Shown: piece after piece, positions 20,559 through 30,944 of the stretch
How the letters are laid out: each line of letters begins with the position of its first letter
Position numbering within the stretch: the first letter of the stretch is position 1
Source of the DNA: an uncultured Candidatus Entotheonella sp.
GTDB lineage: Bacteria > Tectomicrobia > Entotheonellia > Entotheonellales > Entotheonellaceae
DNA length: 64,000 nucleotides
NCBI GenBank assembly: GCA_965215335.1
Contig: CBDCDA010000001.1
Location: 448,001-512,000, forward strand
Direction: 5' to 3'
The notes under the pieces: model-generated
Databases searched by the model: none
Seen by the model: only the letters and a program-made list of their open reading frames with translations
What the model was told of the DNA's origin: nothing
Position numbers and translations under genes: made by a program

Positions 20559-23500
20559 AGAACGACCTCGCGCCCTTCTTCGCATGAGCGCGTGAAGTCG
20601 ATATTCGCCCCGACCAATGGCGACCGCCGCAACGCCTCCAGGATGCCTCCCCGGTTCGGTGATTCGAATGCCTCCGGCAAGTGCTCCACGACGTGGACGG
20701 TCTCCACGCTGACGTGCACGATCCGGCGGACCGCCGCGATCAGGTCACGCGGATCGTCGAACCAGCCGTTGGGGTCGTTGACGATGCCGCTCTCCTTGTC
20801 CCGGGTGATCCGGTAGCGGTCGATGAACCACTCCAGCGGCGTTCGTCCGTTGACCTGGTACTGGTGCGCCGCGACCGGAATACCGCTCAGCCGGATGAAG
20901 TCGTTGACGATGAGGGTCGTCTTTTCGTCGTCGGCGTATTTCATCGCGCGCTCGCCGATCCGGTAGTGTTCCGGTTTCGGCTCTCCAGGTTGCGTGAACT
21001 CGACGTTCAGGGGGTATTCCTGGCAGGTCTCGTAATCGAGATGAATGGCTGCGAGGCGCCGCCCGGCATCGGCGAAGGCGTGAAAATCCGCCGCAAAGGG
21101 AACGCGCGGCAGGTCCTTCGCCAGATCGTTGGCGAAGCGCCTCCGGTAATCGGGCGCATGGAGGATGCCGTAGACGTAATCGAACATTCCGTCCTTGGTA
21201 ATCGCGCTGTCGCCGTAGTGCGTCTGGAAGGCGAGAAGGGCGGCGTCGGTGATGTTGTCGATGCGCTTCAGCCCTTTCGCGTCACAAAGCTCGCCCTGAC
21301 TGTCGGACCCTTGCTGGTGTCGTTCGCACCTGTATCGCGGGAAGCATTGGCCAAATGCCACAAGGTGAAGGTCTGGCATCGTATCGACGATGAGGGCGGA
21401 AAACGGTTTCGTCGAGCCAATACCAGGTACGCAGATGGCGCGGTTTTTGCTATCGGCAGCCGGGAAGATGCGGTCCATCTGGTACTTGTTATGCACGAGC
21501 ACGTAATCGACGTAGCAGCGCTGCTTGACAAAGGGCCGGCACTGTGTCATCCAGACGTTATCCGGCGAATAGACTACCCCCTTCCGCCGCCGTAGATTGT
21601 TCTTGAGTTCCCTGTCCCACCGCAGATTCGAGGAATAGCGGCCGGTGGCCTGATCGATAGTGTAATCGGCGTGTTCTTCACGAACCAGCATGGCGCCCTG
21701 ATAGTCGCCCACCATCGCGTAGGCGTTCGTCGCGCACACGTCACGGGAGAAGTTGTACACCCAAGCGTCTCTGCCGGTCTTGTAGCCGTTGCTGAACAGC
21801 CTGAAGATCGCCTCGTCCGTCTGGCCCGCTTTTGCCGCTTTCGATCCCACTGGATAGAGCTTCTGGAACGCCTCATCGCGCTGACCGATCCAGTCGTGGT
21901 GCCGATCGGGCGTAATCGTTTGCCAGTCCTCGATGCCCGCAATCGACCCTGCCTCGCGCAGGATTCGGAGTTTCTTCTCGCGCGTCAGATAATCGCCGAC
22001 GTCGTGGTAGCGGATGCGGCAGCCCTCATGACCGGCGTCCGGGTTGCGCACCAGGATCGTGACCGCCACCGGCGCACGAGAACCCTGGCCGAACACCTTG
22101 CCACCCTCGCGGCGCGAGCGTTCACCTTGGGTGCGCTGATTCCCCCGCAAATTCAGGACATGGATCGAACTGAACTCCTCGGCCAGACAGGCGCGCACCC
22201 CCGAGTCCACGTTGCCGTCGATCCACGAGCCGTTCGTCACCAGGGCGATCACGCCCTGGTCGCCGATGCGGTCGGAGGCCCAGCGGATGGCCATCTTGCA
22301 GGTGTCGTAGAGGCTGTTCTTGTTCGTCGCCGTGGAGCGGGCCGCGTAGGTCTCGGCAACCCGCTGCTCGATCTCCGGGTAGTCCACGTTGGGGTTGTCA
22401 TCCGCCGAGCTTTTCTGCCCCACCGACCACGGCGGGTTGCTGACGACGACCTGGATTGGCGTGCTCTGCTGGCGTTCGACCCGCTCGCTGTTGCCCGACA
22501 GCCAGTCCTTCGGGAAGCTCGTCCTGGCCGTGTGCAGGTTGAACGTGTCGGTCAGGACGATACCACTGAACGGCTCGTAGGCGCTGTCGGCGCCGATTCG
22601 CCCGTGAAACGCCTCTTCGACGTGGATGGCCGCGATGTAATAGGCGAGCAGGACGACCTCGTTGGCGTGCAGTTCATGGCGATACTTTCTTGACAGGTCG
22701 GCATCCCGGATCAGTGCCGATTGCAGCAGCCGCACGAGAAAGATGCCGGTGCCGGTGAACGGATCGAGGACGTGAACCGCCTCGTCACTCAGGCCGCGGC
22801 CGAATTCCTCGCGCAACACGTCGTCGGCACTGTTCAGGATGAAATCCACGACTTCTACCGGCGTGTAGACGATGCCGAGCCGGTCGGCGTCCTTCTTCAT
22901 GGCCGTGGCGAAGAACTTCTCGTACAGCTCCATGAGCACGCGCTGGCGCGCCTCGCTGTTGTCGAGACCACGGGCGCGCAGCCGCACGCTTTCGTAGAAG
23001 CGCTCCAGGTCGCGGGTTTCGTTCTCCAGGCCGAACTCCGCGAAATCCTTCCGCAGCGCGTCGAGCGCCTGCGCCACCGGATTGTTCCTGGCGAACTCGT
23101 ACCGCTCGAACAGGGCTTCGAAGACCGGCTGCGTCAGGACGTGCTGCGCCATCATGTCGATGGCGCCCTGGCGCGTGATCGACTCGTTGATCGACACCTT
23201 GAGTTCGTCGTGGAAGGCCTCGAACCATTCACCCAGGGTCGCGTTGTCGGGGTTGTCGAGCAGCCCTTCGATTCTCGTCACCAGGCGCGAGAAGATGTCG
23301 GCCACGTCCCTGGCCCAGGTGTCCCAGTATTTGCGGTCGCCGCACTTGTCGACGATCCTGGCATAGATGGCGCCCGGTGGCAGGTCGAGCGGCGGAAACG
23401 GCAGGCCGGGGGTGTCCAGTGGTTCTTTTCCGTCAAGCGCATCGCCACCGAAGATGATCCGTTCCGTCGGATTGTGGTTGAGGTCGATCTGGTTGATCTC

Positions 23501-25390
23501 CGCGTCGAAGCGGTCGTCGTGCGAGCGCAGGGCGCGCAATACGCCCCACACGGCGGCAAACCGTTCGTTGTCGTCGAGCGCCAACGACGGATCGACGCCC
23601 GCGGGGACGGCGACCGGCAGGATGACGTAGCCGTATTCCTTGCCTTGCGCCTTGCGCATGACGCGGCCGACGGCCTGCACGACGTCGACCTGGCTGTTTC
23701 TCGGATTCATGAACAGCACGGCGTCGAGGGCCGGCACGTCGATACCCTCGGACAGACAACGGGCGTTCGAGAGGATGCGGCAGGCGTCTTCGGAAGACCC
23801 CTTCAACCACTCGATGCGGGCTTTGCGGTCCAGGGCGTGGTGCTTGCCATCGACGTGGCGCGTCTCGCACCGGAACGCTCCCGGCCGCTCTGTTTCCGGC
23901 AACAGCGCGACGGCCTGTTCAACGATGCTGTCCCAATGGGCTTCCAGACGTCTGGAGGACTCGATGGTATTGGTAAAGGCGATGGCGCGGCTCAGGCGGC
24001 GGGTCGGGCCGTTGTCGGTCGGCTTGTTCTCCGGGTTCTGCAGGGCGCGCCAGCAGCCGACGATCTTGGCGGCGTCGGTCAGGTTGATCTCGCTGTCCGC
24101 CGACGCCAGGTGGGCTTGCAGGGCGGCGTCCACGTGCTGCTCCGACATGGCGAACACCACGACCTTGTAATCGGACAACAGGTTCTGTTCGACGGCCCGC
24201 GAAAAGGGCAGGCGGTGAAACTCCGGCCCGTAGGTCGCCTCGTCGTCCATGGAAAACACGTCGACGCTGTGGCGGGCCGCCTTCGCCCTGGCGCTTTCCG
24301 TGTACAGCCGCGGCGTGGCGGTCATGTAGAGGCGCCTGGCGGCGCGGATTCTCTCCCCGTCGTGAACGAGCACGAAGGGCGAGGTCTTGTCGCCGGGACC
24401 TTCGATGCCGGTCGTGCGGTGCGCCTCGTCACAGAGGATCAGATCGAATGGCGGCGCGCCGTCGTCCTGGGCCTGCCTCACCAGGTCCAGGGATTGGTAG
24501 GTGCAGAACACCACGGTCATGCCATCGGGCGGGACGTTTCGGAGGGCCCGGGAAATGGCTGCCGGGTCGGTGGTGACGGGGATTTCCAGCTCCTGGAGGG
24601 AAGCGTCTTCGTCGTTGCGTCCGGCGCGCGTGTCGGAACAGATGCCGACATAGTGGTGCGGGATTGCCCGCTGCGTGGCCCATTCCCGCATGGACTGCTG
24701 GAACAGCGATATGGACGGCACCAGATAGAGCGTCCGGCCACCGATGCCCGCGACCGCCTCGGCGATGCGCAGCGCCGTGAAGGTCTTGCCGGTGCCACAG
24801 GCCATGATCAGCTTGCCGCGGTCGTGTTCGTCGAAGTGACGGATCACGTCGTCGAAGGCGGCCTGCTGGTGAGGGCGCAGGTGGAACGATTCGGCGCGGC
24901 AGGCCAGGGCTTCCGGCTCCTGGCGTGCCAGGTCCGGCCAATGGATGGGTCGGCCTGCCAGATCGCCAAAGCGAAGCACGGTGCAGGCGGGTTTCAGGGG
25001 CGCGATGGTTTTCCGTGCGTTCTCCCCCCATTCGTCGCCGGTATCGACGATCAGGCGAGTGGTAAAGGGTTCGCGGGCCGAGGCGGCGATGAAGGAATCC
25101 AGATGCGATTTCGACATGCGTGTGCCGGGCGCGTAGCACTTGCACTGGATGGCGCAGGTGCCGCCGTCGCGTTCGGCCGCGACGAGGTCGATGCCGATGT
25201 CACCGCCGGCGAAATCAGGCCGCTCGGTCACCCATTCCGGCCATAGCCAGACGTCGGAGAAGCGATCCCGGTAAAGCGGATCCTGGACGAAGTACGTCTT
25301 CATCAGGCGCTCGAAGAGGCGGCCTTTCTCGGCTTCCGAAGTGGCGATGGAGCGGAGGTGATCCAGGGTGTCCTGGAAGCCGTTGCTCAT
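20555..25390 (-). CDS. Type ISP restriction-modification enzyme (LlaGI/LlaBIII-like: nuclease, SF2 helicase, MTase, TRD)
   Basis: DIGIDLV..AIQCK nuclease, MACGTGKT, DEAH, TAT, QAVGRVMR, DPFTGTG, NPPW; GGAGAG RBS before ATG 25390. Confidence 0.93.
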   Translation of the reverse strand: MSNGFQDTLDHLRSIATSEAEKGRLFERLMKTYFVQDPLYRDRFSDVWLWPEWVTERPDFAGGDIGIDLVAAERDGGTCAIQCKCYAPGTRMSKSHLDSFIAASAREPFTTRLIVDTGDEWGENARKTIAPLKPACTVLRFGDLAGRPIHWPDLARQEPEALACRAESFHLRPHQQAAFDDVIRHFDEHDRGKLIMACGTGKTFTALRIAEAVAGIGGRTLYLVPSISLFQQSMREWATQRAIPHHYVGICSDTRAGRNDEDASLQELEIPVTTDPAAISRALRNVPPDGMTVVFCTYQSLDLVRQAQDDGAPPFDLILCDEAHRTTGIEGPGDKTSPFVLVHDGERIRAARRLYMTATPRLYTESARAKAARHSVDVFSMDDEATYGPEFHRLPFSRAVEQNLLSDYKVVVFAMSEQHVDAALQAHLASADSEINLTDAAKIVGCWRALQNPENKPTDNGPTRRLSRAIAFTNTIESSRRLEAHWDSIVEQAVALLPETERPGAFRCETRHVDGKHHALDRKARIEWLKGSSEDACRILSNARCLSEGIDVPALDAVLFMNPRNSQVDVVQAVGRVMRKAQGKEYGYVILPVAVPAGVDPSLALDDNERFAAVWGVLRALRSHDDRFDAEINQIDLNHNPTERIIFGGDALDGKEPLDTPGLPFPPLDLPPGAIYARIVDKCGDRKYWDTWARDVADIFSRLVTRIEGLLDNPDNATLGEWFEAFHDELKVSINESITRQGAIDMMAQHVLTQPVFEALFERYEFARNNPVAQALDALRKDFAEFGLENETRDLERFYESVRLRARGLDNSEARQRVLMELYEKFFATAMKKDADRLGIVYTPVEVVDFILNSADDVLREEFGRGLSDEAVHVLDPFTGTGIFLVRLLQSALIRDADLSRKYRHELHANEVVLLAYYIAAIHVEEAFHGRIGADSAYEPFSGIVLTDTFNLHTARTSFPKDWLSGNSERVERQQSTPIQVVVSNPPWSVGQKSSADDNPNVDYPEIEQRVAETYAARSTATNKNSLYDTCKMAIRWASDRIGDQGVIALVTNGSWIDGNVDSGVRACLAEEFSSIHVLNLRGNQRTQGERSRREGGKVFGQGSRAPVAVTILVRNPDAGHEGCRIRYHDVGDYLTREKKLRILREAGSIAGIEDWQTITPDRHHDWIGQRDEAFQKLYPVGSKAAKAGQTDEAIFRLFSNGYKTGRDAWVYNFSRDVCATNAYAMVGDYQGAMLVREEHADYTIDQATGRYSSNLRWDRELKNNLRRRKGVVYSPDNVWMTQCRPFVKQRCYVDYVLVHNKYQMDRIFPAADSKNRAICVPGIGSTKPFSALIVDTMPDLHLVAFGQCFPRYRCERHQQGSDSQGELCDAKGLKRIDNITDAALLAFQTHYGDSAITKDGMFDYVYGILHAPDYRRRFANDLAKDLPRVPFAADFHAFADAGRRLAAIHLDYETCQEYPLNVEFTQPGEPKPEHYRIGERAMKYADDEKTTLIVNDFIRLSGIPVAAHQYQVNGRTPLEWFIDRYRITRDKESGIVNDPNGWFDDPRDLIAAVRRIVHVSVETVHVVEHLPEAFESPNRGGILEALRRSPLVGANIDFTRSCEEGREVVL

Positions 25391-25459
25391 TGTCTGACTC
25401 TCCATTGAGGCTAGGCGCATGGCCACGGCGCCCCAAGATCATGCCTTCCGCTTTTCAAG

Positions 25460-25533
25460 TACCCCCTAGAGGATTTGAACCTCTGACCCTCGGATTAGAA
25501 GTCCGATGCTCTATCCAGCTGAGCTAAGGGGGC
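25460..25533 (-). tRNA. tRNA-Arg (TCT), CCA not encoded
   Basis: GCCCCCTTAGCTCAGCTGGATAGAGCATCGGACTTCTAATCCGAGGGTCAGAGGTTCAAATCCTCTAGGGGGTA folds as a cloverleaf; anticodon loop CTTCTAA. Confidence 0.96.
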
Positions 25534-25590
25534 AATACAGAACGACCCTGAAATCCGCCAGGGCAAGGGCAGGGATTCCAGCATGTCGCC

Positions 25591-26244
25591 TTAGATCCCG
25601 GTGACGTGTATGCCACTGCCCTTGACTTTGTTGCGGATGTTGAGGCCGATCAGCAGAGCGGTGAGGCTTTCCACGACGCGGGCGTTGTACGCCAGACCGG
25701 CGTCAACCGGGTGCAGCCCCATCCGTTGCACCAGAGCAATCACTGTTTGCCGCGCCTCGCGGTCGTTGCCGCACACCAGCACGTCACATTCAATCGCATG
25801 ATCGAGGTGACGCAGCTCGTGCGCCGCGACGTTTTGAAACGCGGCCACAACCTTCACGTCATCACCCAGAAGGGCTTGCGCCTCCTCGGTCGCCGAACCG
25901 GCCGGGGGCATCAGCATCTTGCGAGGGTTCTCGGGGTCCAGGGGTACGCAGACGTCGACAAACACCTTGCCTTGCAGGTGTGCCCTGACCGACTCGATCG
26001 TGCTCTTGTGCGCCGAAAAGGGCACGGTGAGGGCCACGACCTCCGCAGCCGCAGCCGCTTCCGGGTTCGCCATCCCCTGGATCAAGGCTTTCCCCAGTTC
26101 CTCGTTCAACTCGTCGGCCACCTGCGCCGCCTTGCCCTGCTGCCGCGAGCCGATGACGACCTGAATACCGGCCCTGGCCCACCGTAACGCCATTCCCGGG
26201 CCTTGCTCGCCCGTGCCCCCCAAAATGCTTACGATCACGTGCAC
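25591..26244 (-). CDS. npdG: NADPH-dependent F420 reductase
   Basis: ILGGTGEQG, IGSR, VVAAFQNV, CDVLVCG; lies in a cof cluster. Confidence 0.9.
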   Translation of the reverse strand: MHVIVSILGGTGEQGPGMALRWARAGIQVVIGSRQQGKAAQVADELNEELGKALIQGMANPEAAAAAEVVALTVPFSAHKSTIESVRAHLQGKVFVDVCVPLDPENPRKMLMPPAGSATEEAQALLGDDVKVVAAFQNVAAHELRHLDHAIECDVLVCGNDREARQTVIALVQRMGLHPVDAGLAYNARVVESLTALLIGLNIRNKVKGSGIHVTGI

Positions 26245-26256
26245 TCCTTTTTTCTC

Positions 26257-27015
26257 TCAGCGGAACAGATCACGCTCCGGATCGCGGATCAGTTGGCCCA
26301 GGCAACCGTCACCACGCGGGTAGTCATAGCCCCGAATCACGGCAACCGGTACGTTGTCCAGCTTGTTCATCACCAGTTCGGCGGCGGCCGCCAATTCGTC
26401 CGCTACCGCCAAGGCCGTCACCTTCAGTTCATAGCCCTGCGCATCGTGCTGGCCCGTGTAGTCCACGTTGGCCTGCATACCCGCGAGGCCGATGGCGACG
26501 TTCACCAAGCCTTCGCGCCAGGGCCGTCCGAAGGTATCCGAGATGATTACGGCCACGTCCACGTCCATTTGCTCCCGCAAGCGGTCACGAATGGCGCGCG
26601 CCGAGGCATCCGGGTCCGGCGGCAGCACGGCGACCACGTCATCGCCTTCCATGTTGGACCGGTCAACACCGGCGTTGGCGCAAATGAAGCCGTGATGCGT
26701 CTCGGCAATGATAACCCCACGGTCCATCCTGACAATGCGCCGCGACGCTTGCAGCACCACTTCGACCTGCCGGGCGTCCTTGTCCCATTGTTGGGCGAAT
26801 TGCCCGGCCAGGGGCGAGGGCGTCACGTCGGCCAGCGACACCAGGCACCCCTCGGCCTTGGAAACGATTTTCTGCGTCACCACCACGACGTCGCCGTCTT
26901 GCACCGACAGCGCCGCACGCTCGGCTGCCTGCTGGATGAGGCTGGCCAGATCATCGCCCGGCGTAATGACGGGCATGCCTGGGACACTCAGGATTCGCAC
27001 TTCGGAAATAGTCAT
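26257..27015 (-). CDS. cofE: F420-0:L-glutamate ligase
   Basis: PGDDL, QKIVSKAEG, CANAGVDRSN, DTFGRPWREG, DLFR. Confidence 0.94.
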   Translation of the reverse strand: MTISEVRILSVPGMPVITPGDDLASLIQQAAERAALSVQDGDVVVVTQKIVSKAEGCLVSLADVTPSPLAGQFAQQWDKDARQVEVVLQASRRIVRMDRGVIIAETHHGFICANAGVDRSNMEGDDVVAVLPPDPDASARAIRDRLREQMDVDVAVIISDTFGRPWREGLVNVAIGLAGMQANVDYTGQHDAQGYELKVTALAVADELAAAAELVMNKLDNVPVAVIRGYDYPRGDGCLGQLIRDPERDLFR

Positions 27016-27698
27016 GATGACGGGTCACTCACGACAGGGCAGGGTGCGGCCTTACAGCGTTCGAGAACGCCGAGATCCGTCAGCGCCTGCAAGCTATGGC
27101 CGGGAACACGTTGCGCGACAAACACCGCCAGGTCCTCCGGCGTGTCGACGTCCAGAGCCACCCGCGGCAGGCGGCGCACGTCGACCGCCAGGTCGCGTTC
27201 CGCGCACAGCCGCAGATGACGCCGGAAGCTATCGTCGCCGAAGGCCACCGGCAGACAGTCGGGCGGGCTCAACACCAGGGCATTCGTCCCTGTATCCTCG
27301 CGATTGGGTACCAGGACCACCGGTGCCATCGACTGTGCTGCGGAGGCCAGCGCCTCGACGTCCGCGGCGGTCAGCAGCGGAATATCGCCCGGCATGGTCA
27401 GCATGGAAGAGATACCCCGCCGCAGGCATTCCCGGCCGCCTCTGGCCACCGCCGCGCTTTGCCCGCGCGCCTGGTCCTCCCACAGCACTTCTGCCCGTAG
27501 CGATTCGACCAATTCAGCTACCTCGCGGTCGCAGGTCACCACGCCGATACCCGCCAGCCCCTCGGCCTGTACGCACGCCGTCAGCGTGTCGGTCAGGGTG
27601 GCTCGTGCCAACGCCGAGCGTTCGTGAGGCCGCAAAAGCCCCGCCAAACGCTGCTTGGCGCCGTGAAAGTCTTTGGCGGGAATGATGACGTAGGTCAC
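27012..27698 (-). CDS. cofC: 2-phospho-L-lactate/PEP guanylyltransferase
   Basis: AKQRL, PGDIPLL, GTNAL, FGDDSF..H, DVDTPEDL. Confidence 0.92.
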   Translation of the reverse strand: MTYVIIPAKDFHGAKQRLAGLLRPHERSALARATLTDTLTACVQAEGLAGIGVVTCDREVAELVESLRAEVLWEDQARGQSAAVARGGRECLRRGISSMLTMPGDIPLLTAADVEALASAAQSMAPVVLVPNREDTGTNALVLSPPDCLPVAFGDDSFRRHLRLCAERDLAVDVRRLPRVALDVDTPEDLAVFVAQRVPGHSLQALTDLGVLERCKAAPCPVVSDPSS

Positions 27699-28630
27699 GT
27701 GGATAACGCCCTTGCAAGGGTCAGCGCCGTGCGCGCCAACGCACGTTTGTCTTCAAGACTGCGCATGACCGTGTTCGTCACCTCGACCCGCAACCCCATG
27801 CCGGCCAGACGCGGCTGCAAGCCGACGTCCTGCGCGTCGATCACCAGCCCGTGCAGCAGATCCCCATAGTACCGGGCTACCCCGCACGCCGAAACTTCCA
27901 GGCCGAGGCCGCGCAGCATCAGATCCGCCGGGCCTTTCAGTGCCTTCCCGGCGACGATCGGACTGACCGCTACCACTGGCGCCGGGCTGTCGATGATGGC
28001 CTGACGCATGCCCGGGATGGCCAGAATCGTGCCAATACTGACAACGGGGTTGCTGGGGCAGATAAGGATTGATTCAGCCTGTGCCAGCGCCGCGCATACG
28101 CCCGGAGCCGGGCGGGCCTGCTCCACGCCCTGGAAAATGACCTCCAGGACCTCCTCCCGGCCGCCGCGCTGCACCAGATACTCCTGGAAATGAAACACGC
28201 CCCCAGGGGTCCGAATCAGCGTGGGAACAGCGTGATCGCACATCGGCAGGATCCGTGACCGGACGCCAAGGGCTTGGCACAAGGCCTTGGTGATGCCGGC
28301 GAGACTTTCGCCGGCGTGCAGGCGCTCGGTACGAAGGATGTGGGTGGCCAAATCGCGGTCGCCGAGGTTGAACCATCCCGCCTCACCATAACGCTGCAGC
28401 ATCGCCAGGGCTTCAAAAGTGTCGCCGCGAATGCCCCAGCCGCGATCCTCATCGACCAACCCGGCCAGCGTGTAGGCGACGATATCGATGTCCGGGCTGA
28501 CGTGGAGGCCAAAGCGTTCCAGATCGTCGCCGGTGTTGCTGATAATGGTGAGCGTTTCGGGGTCCACGAGGTCAACAAGACCGCGCAAAAATCTGGCGGC
28601 CCCCACGCCGCCCGCCAACGCAACGATCAT
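27695..28630 (-). CDS. cofD: 2-phospho-L-lactate transferase
   Basis: LAGGVGAARF, NTGDD, LGDRDLATH, HFQEY, PSNPVVSI. Confidence 0.95.
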   Translation of the reverse strand: MIVALAGGVGAARFLRGLVDLVDPETLTIISNTGDDLERFGLHVSPDIDIVAYTLAGLVDEDRGWGIRGDTFEALAMLQRYGEAGWFNLGDRDLATHILRTERLHAGESLAGITKALCQALGVRSRILPMCDHAVPTLIRTPGGVFHFQEYLVQRGGREEVLEVIFQGVEQARPAPGVCAALAQAESILICPSNPVVSIGTILAIPGMRQAIIDSPAPVVAVSPIVAGKALKGPADLMLRGLGLEVSACGVARYYGDLLHGLVIDAQDVGLQPRLAGMGLRVEVTNTVMRSLEDKRALARTALTLARALST

Positions 28631-28818
28631 CCTCGCTCCCGTCCATCCCGCTCCCGTGGCCAGCTCCCCCGACGTGCCAACGGACAGCTATTCTAAAATG
28701 CGGCCATATCTCCTCGCAAGTCATGCTGACGCGGCGCCGGGCAGGGGGTACAATTACCTTCCATGGGCGTCGGAAGATCTGCGACGCCATCACCATACCG
28801 AGGCAAGGAGGCGCACAA

Positions 28819-29364
28819 ATGGATATCCATATCGATACGCAGCATTTCGACATTCCTGACGACCTGCGAACCACGATCACCGCCTCGCTAGAGAAGCTCA
28901 ACGCCCGACACGACGACATCATCCACGCGCGCGTGTCGCTCGTGAAGAGCACGCACCACCAACACGGCAGCGACGAAGCCCGCTTCATGCTCTCCATGGC
29001 GCGCCGCAAGCTCATCCAGGCCTCCAAAGTCGGCAAGGACGTCAACGACGCGGTCCATGACGCCTTGCAGACCCTGACCCGCGAGTTGTCCGATTTTCGC
29101 AGCAAACGCCGCGGGCTTGACAAGCAGCGCTTAAAGGCCGCCAAAGCAGGGCCTCGACTCTCCGGGCAAGTCGTCTACATTGCCCCTGAACAGGGCTACG
29201 GCTACGTCGATATCGGCGACGACGAAGAAATCCACTTCCTGCGCCACGTCGTCGTGGGCGACGCCTTCGAAATGATCAACGAAGGCACCGCCGTGGAAGT
29301 GGACGTGGTTGAAAATGGCTCCGGCTACGAAGCCACCCGGGTCGCGTTGCTGCAGAAGGGGTAA
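28819..29364 (+). CDS. HPF/RaiA ribosome-associated protein fused to a cold-shock domain
   Basis: HPF-like N-terminus; C-terminal GYGYV...EIHF OB/CSD; AAGGAGG RBS. Confidence 0.8.
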   Translation: MDIHIDTQHFDIPDDLRTTITASLEKLNARHDDIIHARVSLVKSTHHQHGSDEARFMLSMARRKLIQASKVGKDVNDAVHDALQTLTRELSDFRSKRRGLDKQRLKAAKAGPRLSGQVVYIAPEQGYGYVDIGDDEEIHFLRHVVVGDAFEMINEGTAVEVDVVENGSGYEATRVALLQKG

Positions 29365-29387
29365 ACCACCTGCGACCAGCCTCCGTT

Positions 29388-29431
29388 ACGCCCGCGAAAG
29401 CCGCCCTCAACCCTGTTGAGGGCGCGGGCGT
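29388..29431 (+). terminator. Stem-loop downstream of the hpf-like gene
   Basis: acgcccgcg..gccctcaac-cct-gttgagggc-gcgggcgt; no U-tract. Confidence 0.45.
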
Positions 29432-29849
29432 GTCGGCTCACGCTGTGCGCTATCCGACTTGCTATCGCCTGAAGTCAGCCGACTTGTAAAACGCAGGCAT
29501 CACGTGTGAGACGAATTGGACTTGCTAACACCTAGCATTCAGTGTATCCACGTTAAAGCGAATTTTTCAGAATTCTCCTGAACTCTGCCTCGTGACTTTC
29601 GACAACCATGCGCCTTCTCATTCAGCAATGCCATGCCGGTCTCTAGGGAGAAGGACCGATGGCCCTGTATAAATCCCTTCATTTCAACATCATGTTGAAG
29701 TGTATATTTAGAGATGACTTGAATTATGCCCATAATTTCTAGCGATATTCTGTTTCAATTTTCCGACAGATCTGAATTGACACGATTCTTTCTGTTCATA
29801 GAGTCACATTCGTTTCACGCCTCATGTTGGCCTGTTCTTCACGGCGTGC

Positions 29850-30070
29850 GAATGAAATTGCCTGCGGCGTCCGTCATGGCTTCAGACGTATCGGCAACTG
29901 GAGCGCGGCCATGACGGACATCCTGACCGCCGGGCGATTGGAACTCGGCATTGCGCGCGGCACCTACAGCTACGAATACGCGTTGTGGATCGATTCGGGG
30001 GTGCGTCACGAACGCAAGGGCGTCGTTCGAGCGCTTCGTCAATGACGTCATGCCCGCATTTCATCAGGAG
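29850..30070 (+). pseudogene. LLM-class flavin monooxygenase remnant
   Basis: [25 protein letters not shown] is joined to a C-terminal [19 protein letters not shown]; large internal deletion. Confidence 0.65.
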
Positions 30071-30077
30071 ATTCACC

Positions 30078-30836
30078 ATGGGCAGACTCGACGGGAAGGT
30101 AGCATTCATCAGTGGGGGGGCGCGCGGCATGGGCGCCGCCGAGGCACGGCTGTTCGCCCGGGAAGGCGCCAGGGTCGCCCTTGGCGACGTCCTGGACGAC
30201 GAAGGCCGCCAGGTGGCAACGGAGATTGACGAAAGCGGCGGCGACTGCATCTTCGTTCACCTGGACGTGACCAGCGAGGCCAACTGGCAAGAAGCCATCG
30301 ACGTCACCGCCTCCCGCTTCGGCAGGCTGGACATCCTGGTCAACAACGCCGGCATCGGAGGCGTTGGCAGCCTGGTAGAAGAAACCTCCCTGGCGGACTG
30401 GGAGCGGGTCATGGCCGTCAACAGCACGGGCGTATTCCTGGGGACAAAGGCCGTCATCCCGGAGATGCGCAAGACGGGAGGCGGCTCCATCATCAACATC
30501 TCCTCCCAGCTGGGGCTGGTGGGCACCGACAACAGCACGCCCCAATACCAGGCGTCCAAGGGCGCCGTGCGTCTCTTCACCAAGGCGGCCGCTGTCCAGT
30601 ACGCCAGAGAGGGCATCCGGGTCAACTCCGTTCATCCCGGTCCGATTGTCACCCCCATGACCGCGGGGCGACGGTCCGACCCCGAAACCTACAACCTGAT
30701 GCTGTCGCGGATACCGCTCGGCAGGTTCGGCGAGCCTGAAGACGTCGCCAACGCCGTCCTCTACCTGGCCGCCGATGAGTCCGCCTACGTCACCGGTAGC
30801 GAGGTCGTGGTAGATGGTGGTTGGGTGGCCCAGTAG
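30078..30836 (+). CDS. Short-chain dehydrogenase/reductase (3-alpha,20-beta-HSDH-like)
   Basis: [21 protein letters not shown]. Confidence 0.93.
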   Translation: MGRLDGKVAFISGGARGMGAAEARLFAREGARVALGDVLDDEGRQVATEIDESGGDCIFVHLDVTSEANWQEAIDVTASRFGRLDILVNNAGIGGVGSLVEETSLADWERVMAVNSTGVFLGTKAVIPEMRKTGGGSIINISSQLGLVGTDNSTPQYQASKGAVRLFTKAAAVQYAREGIRVNSVHPGPIVTPMTAGRRSDPETYNLMLSRIPLGRFGEPEDVANAVLYLAADESAYVTGSEVVVDGGWVAQ

Positions 30837-30944
30837 AGGCTGCCAGTTGGATCATTCAGGCAGGTGTCGCCGCGCCGCGTCGAAAGCGAGCGCGTTGCAA
30901 GGCAAGTAGCAATCATCTTGGCCGGGCCCGTCGAGATATCGTAG

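Noticed and set aside
29530..29830. AT-rich stretch as a gene or replication origin
   Set aside because: No convincing ORF, DnaA-box cluster or iterons; probably a foreign remnant.
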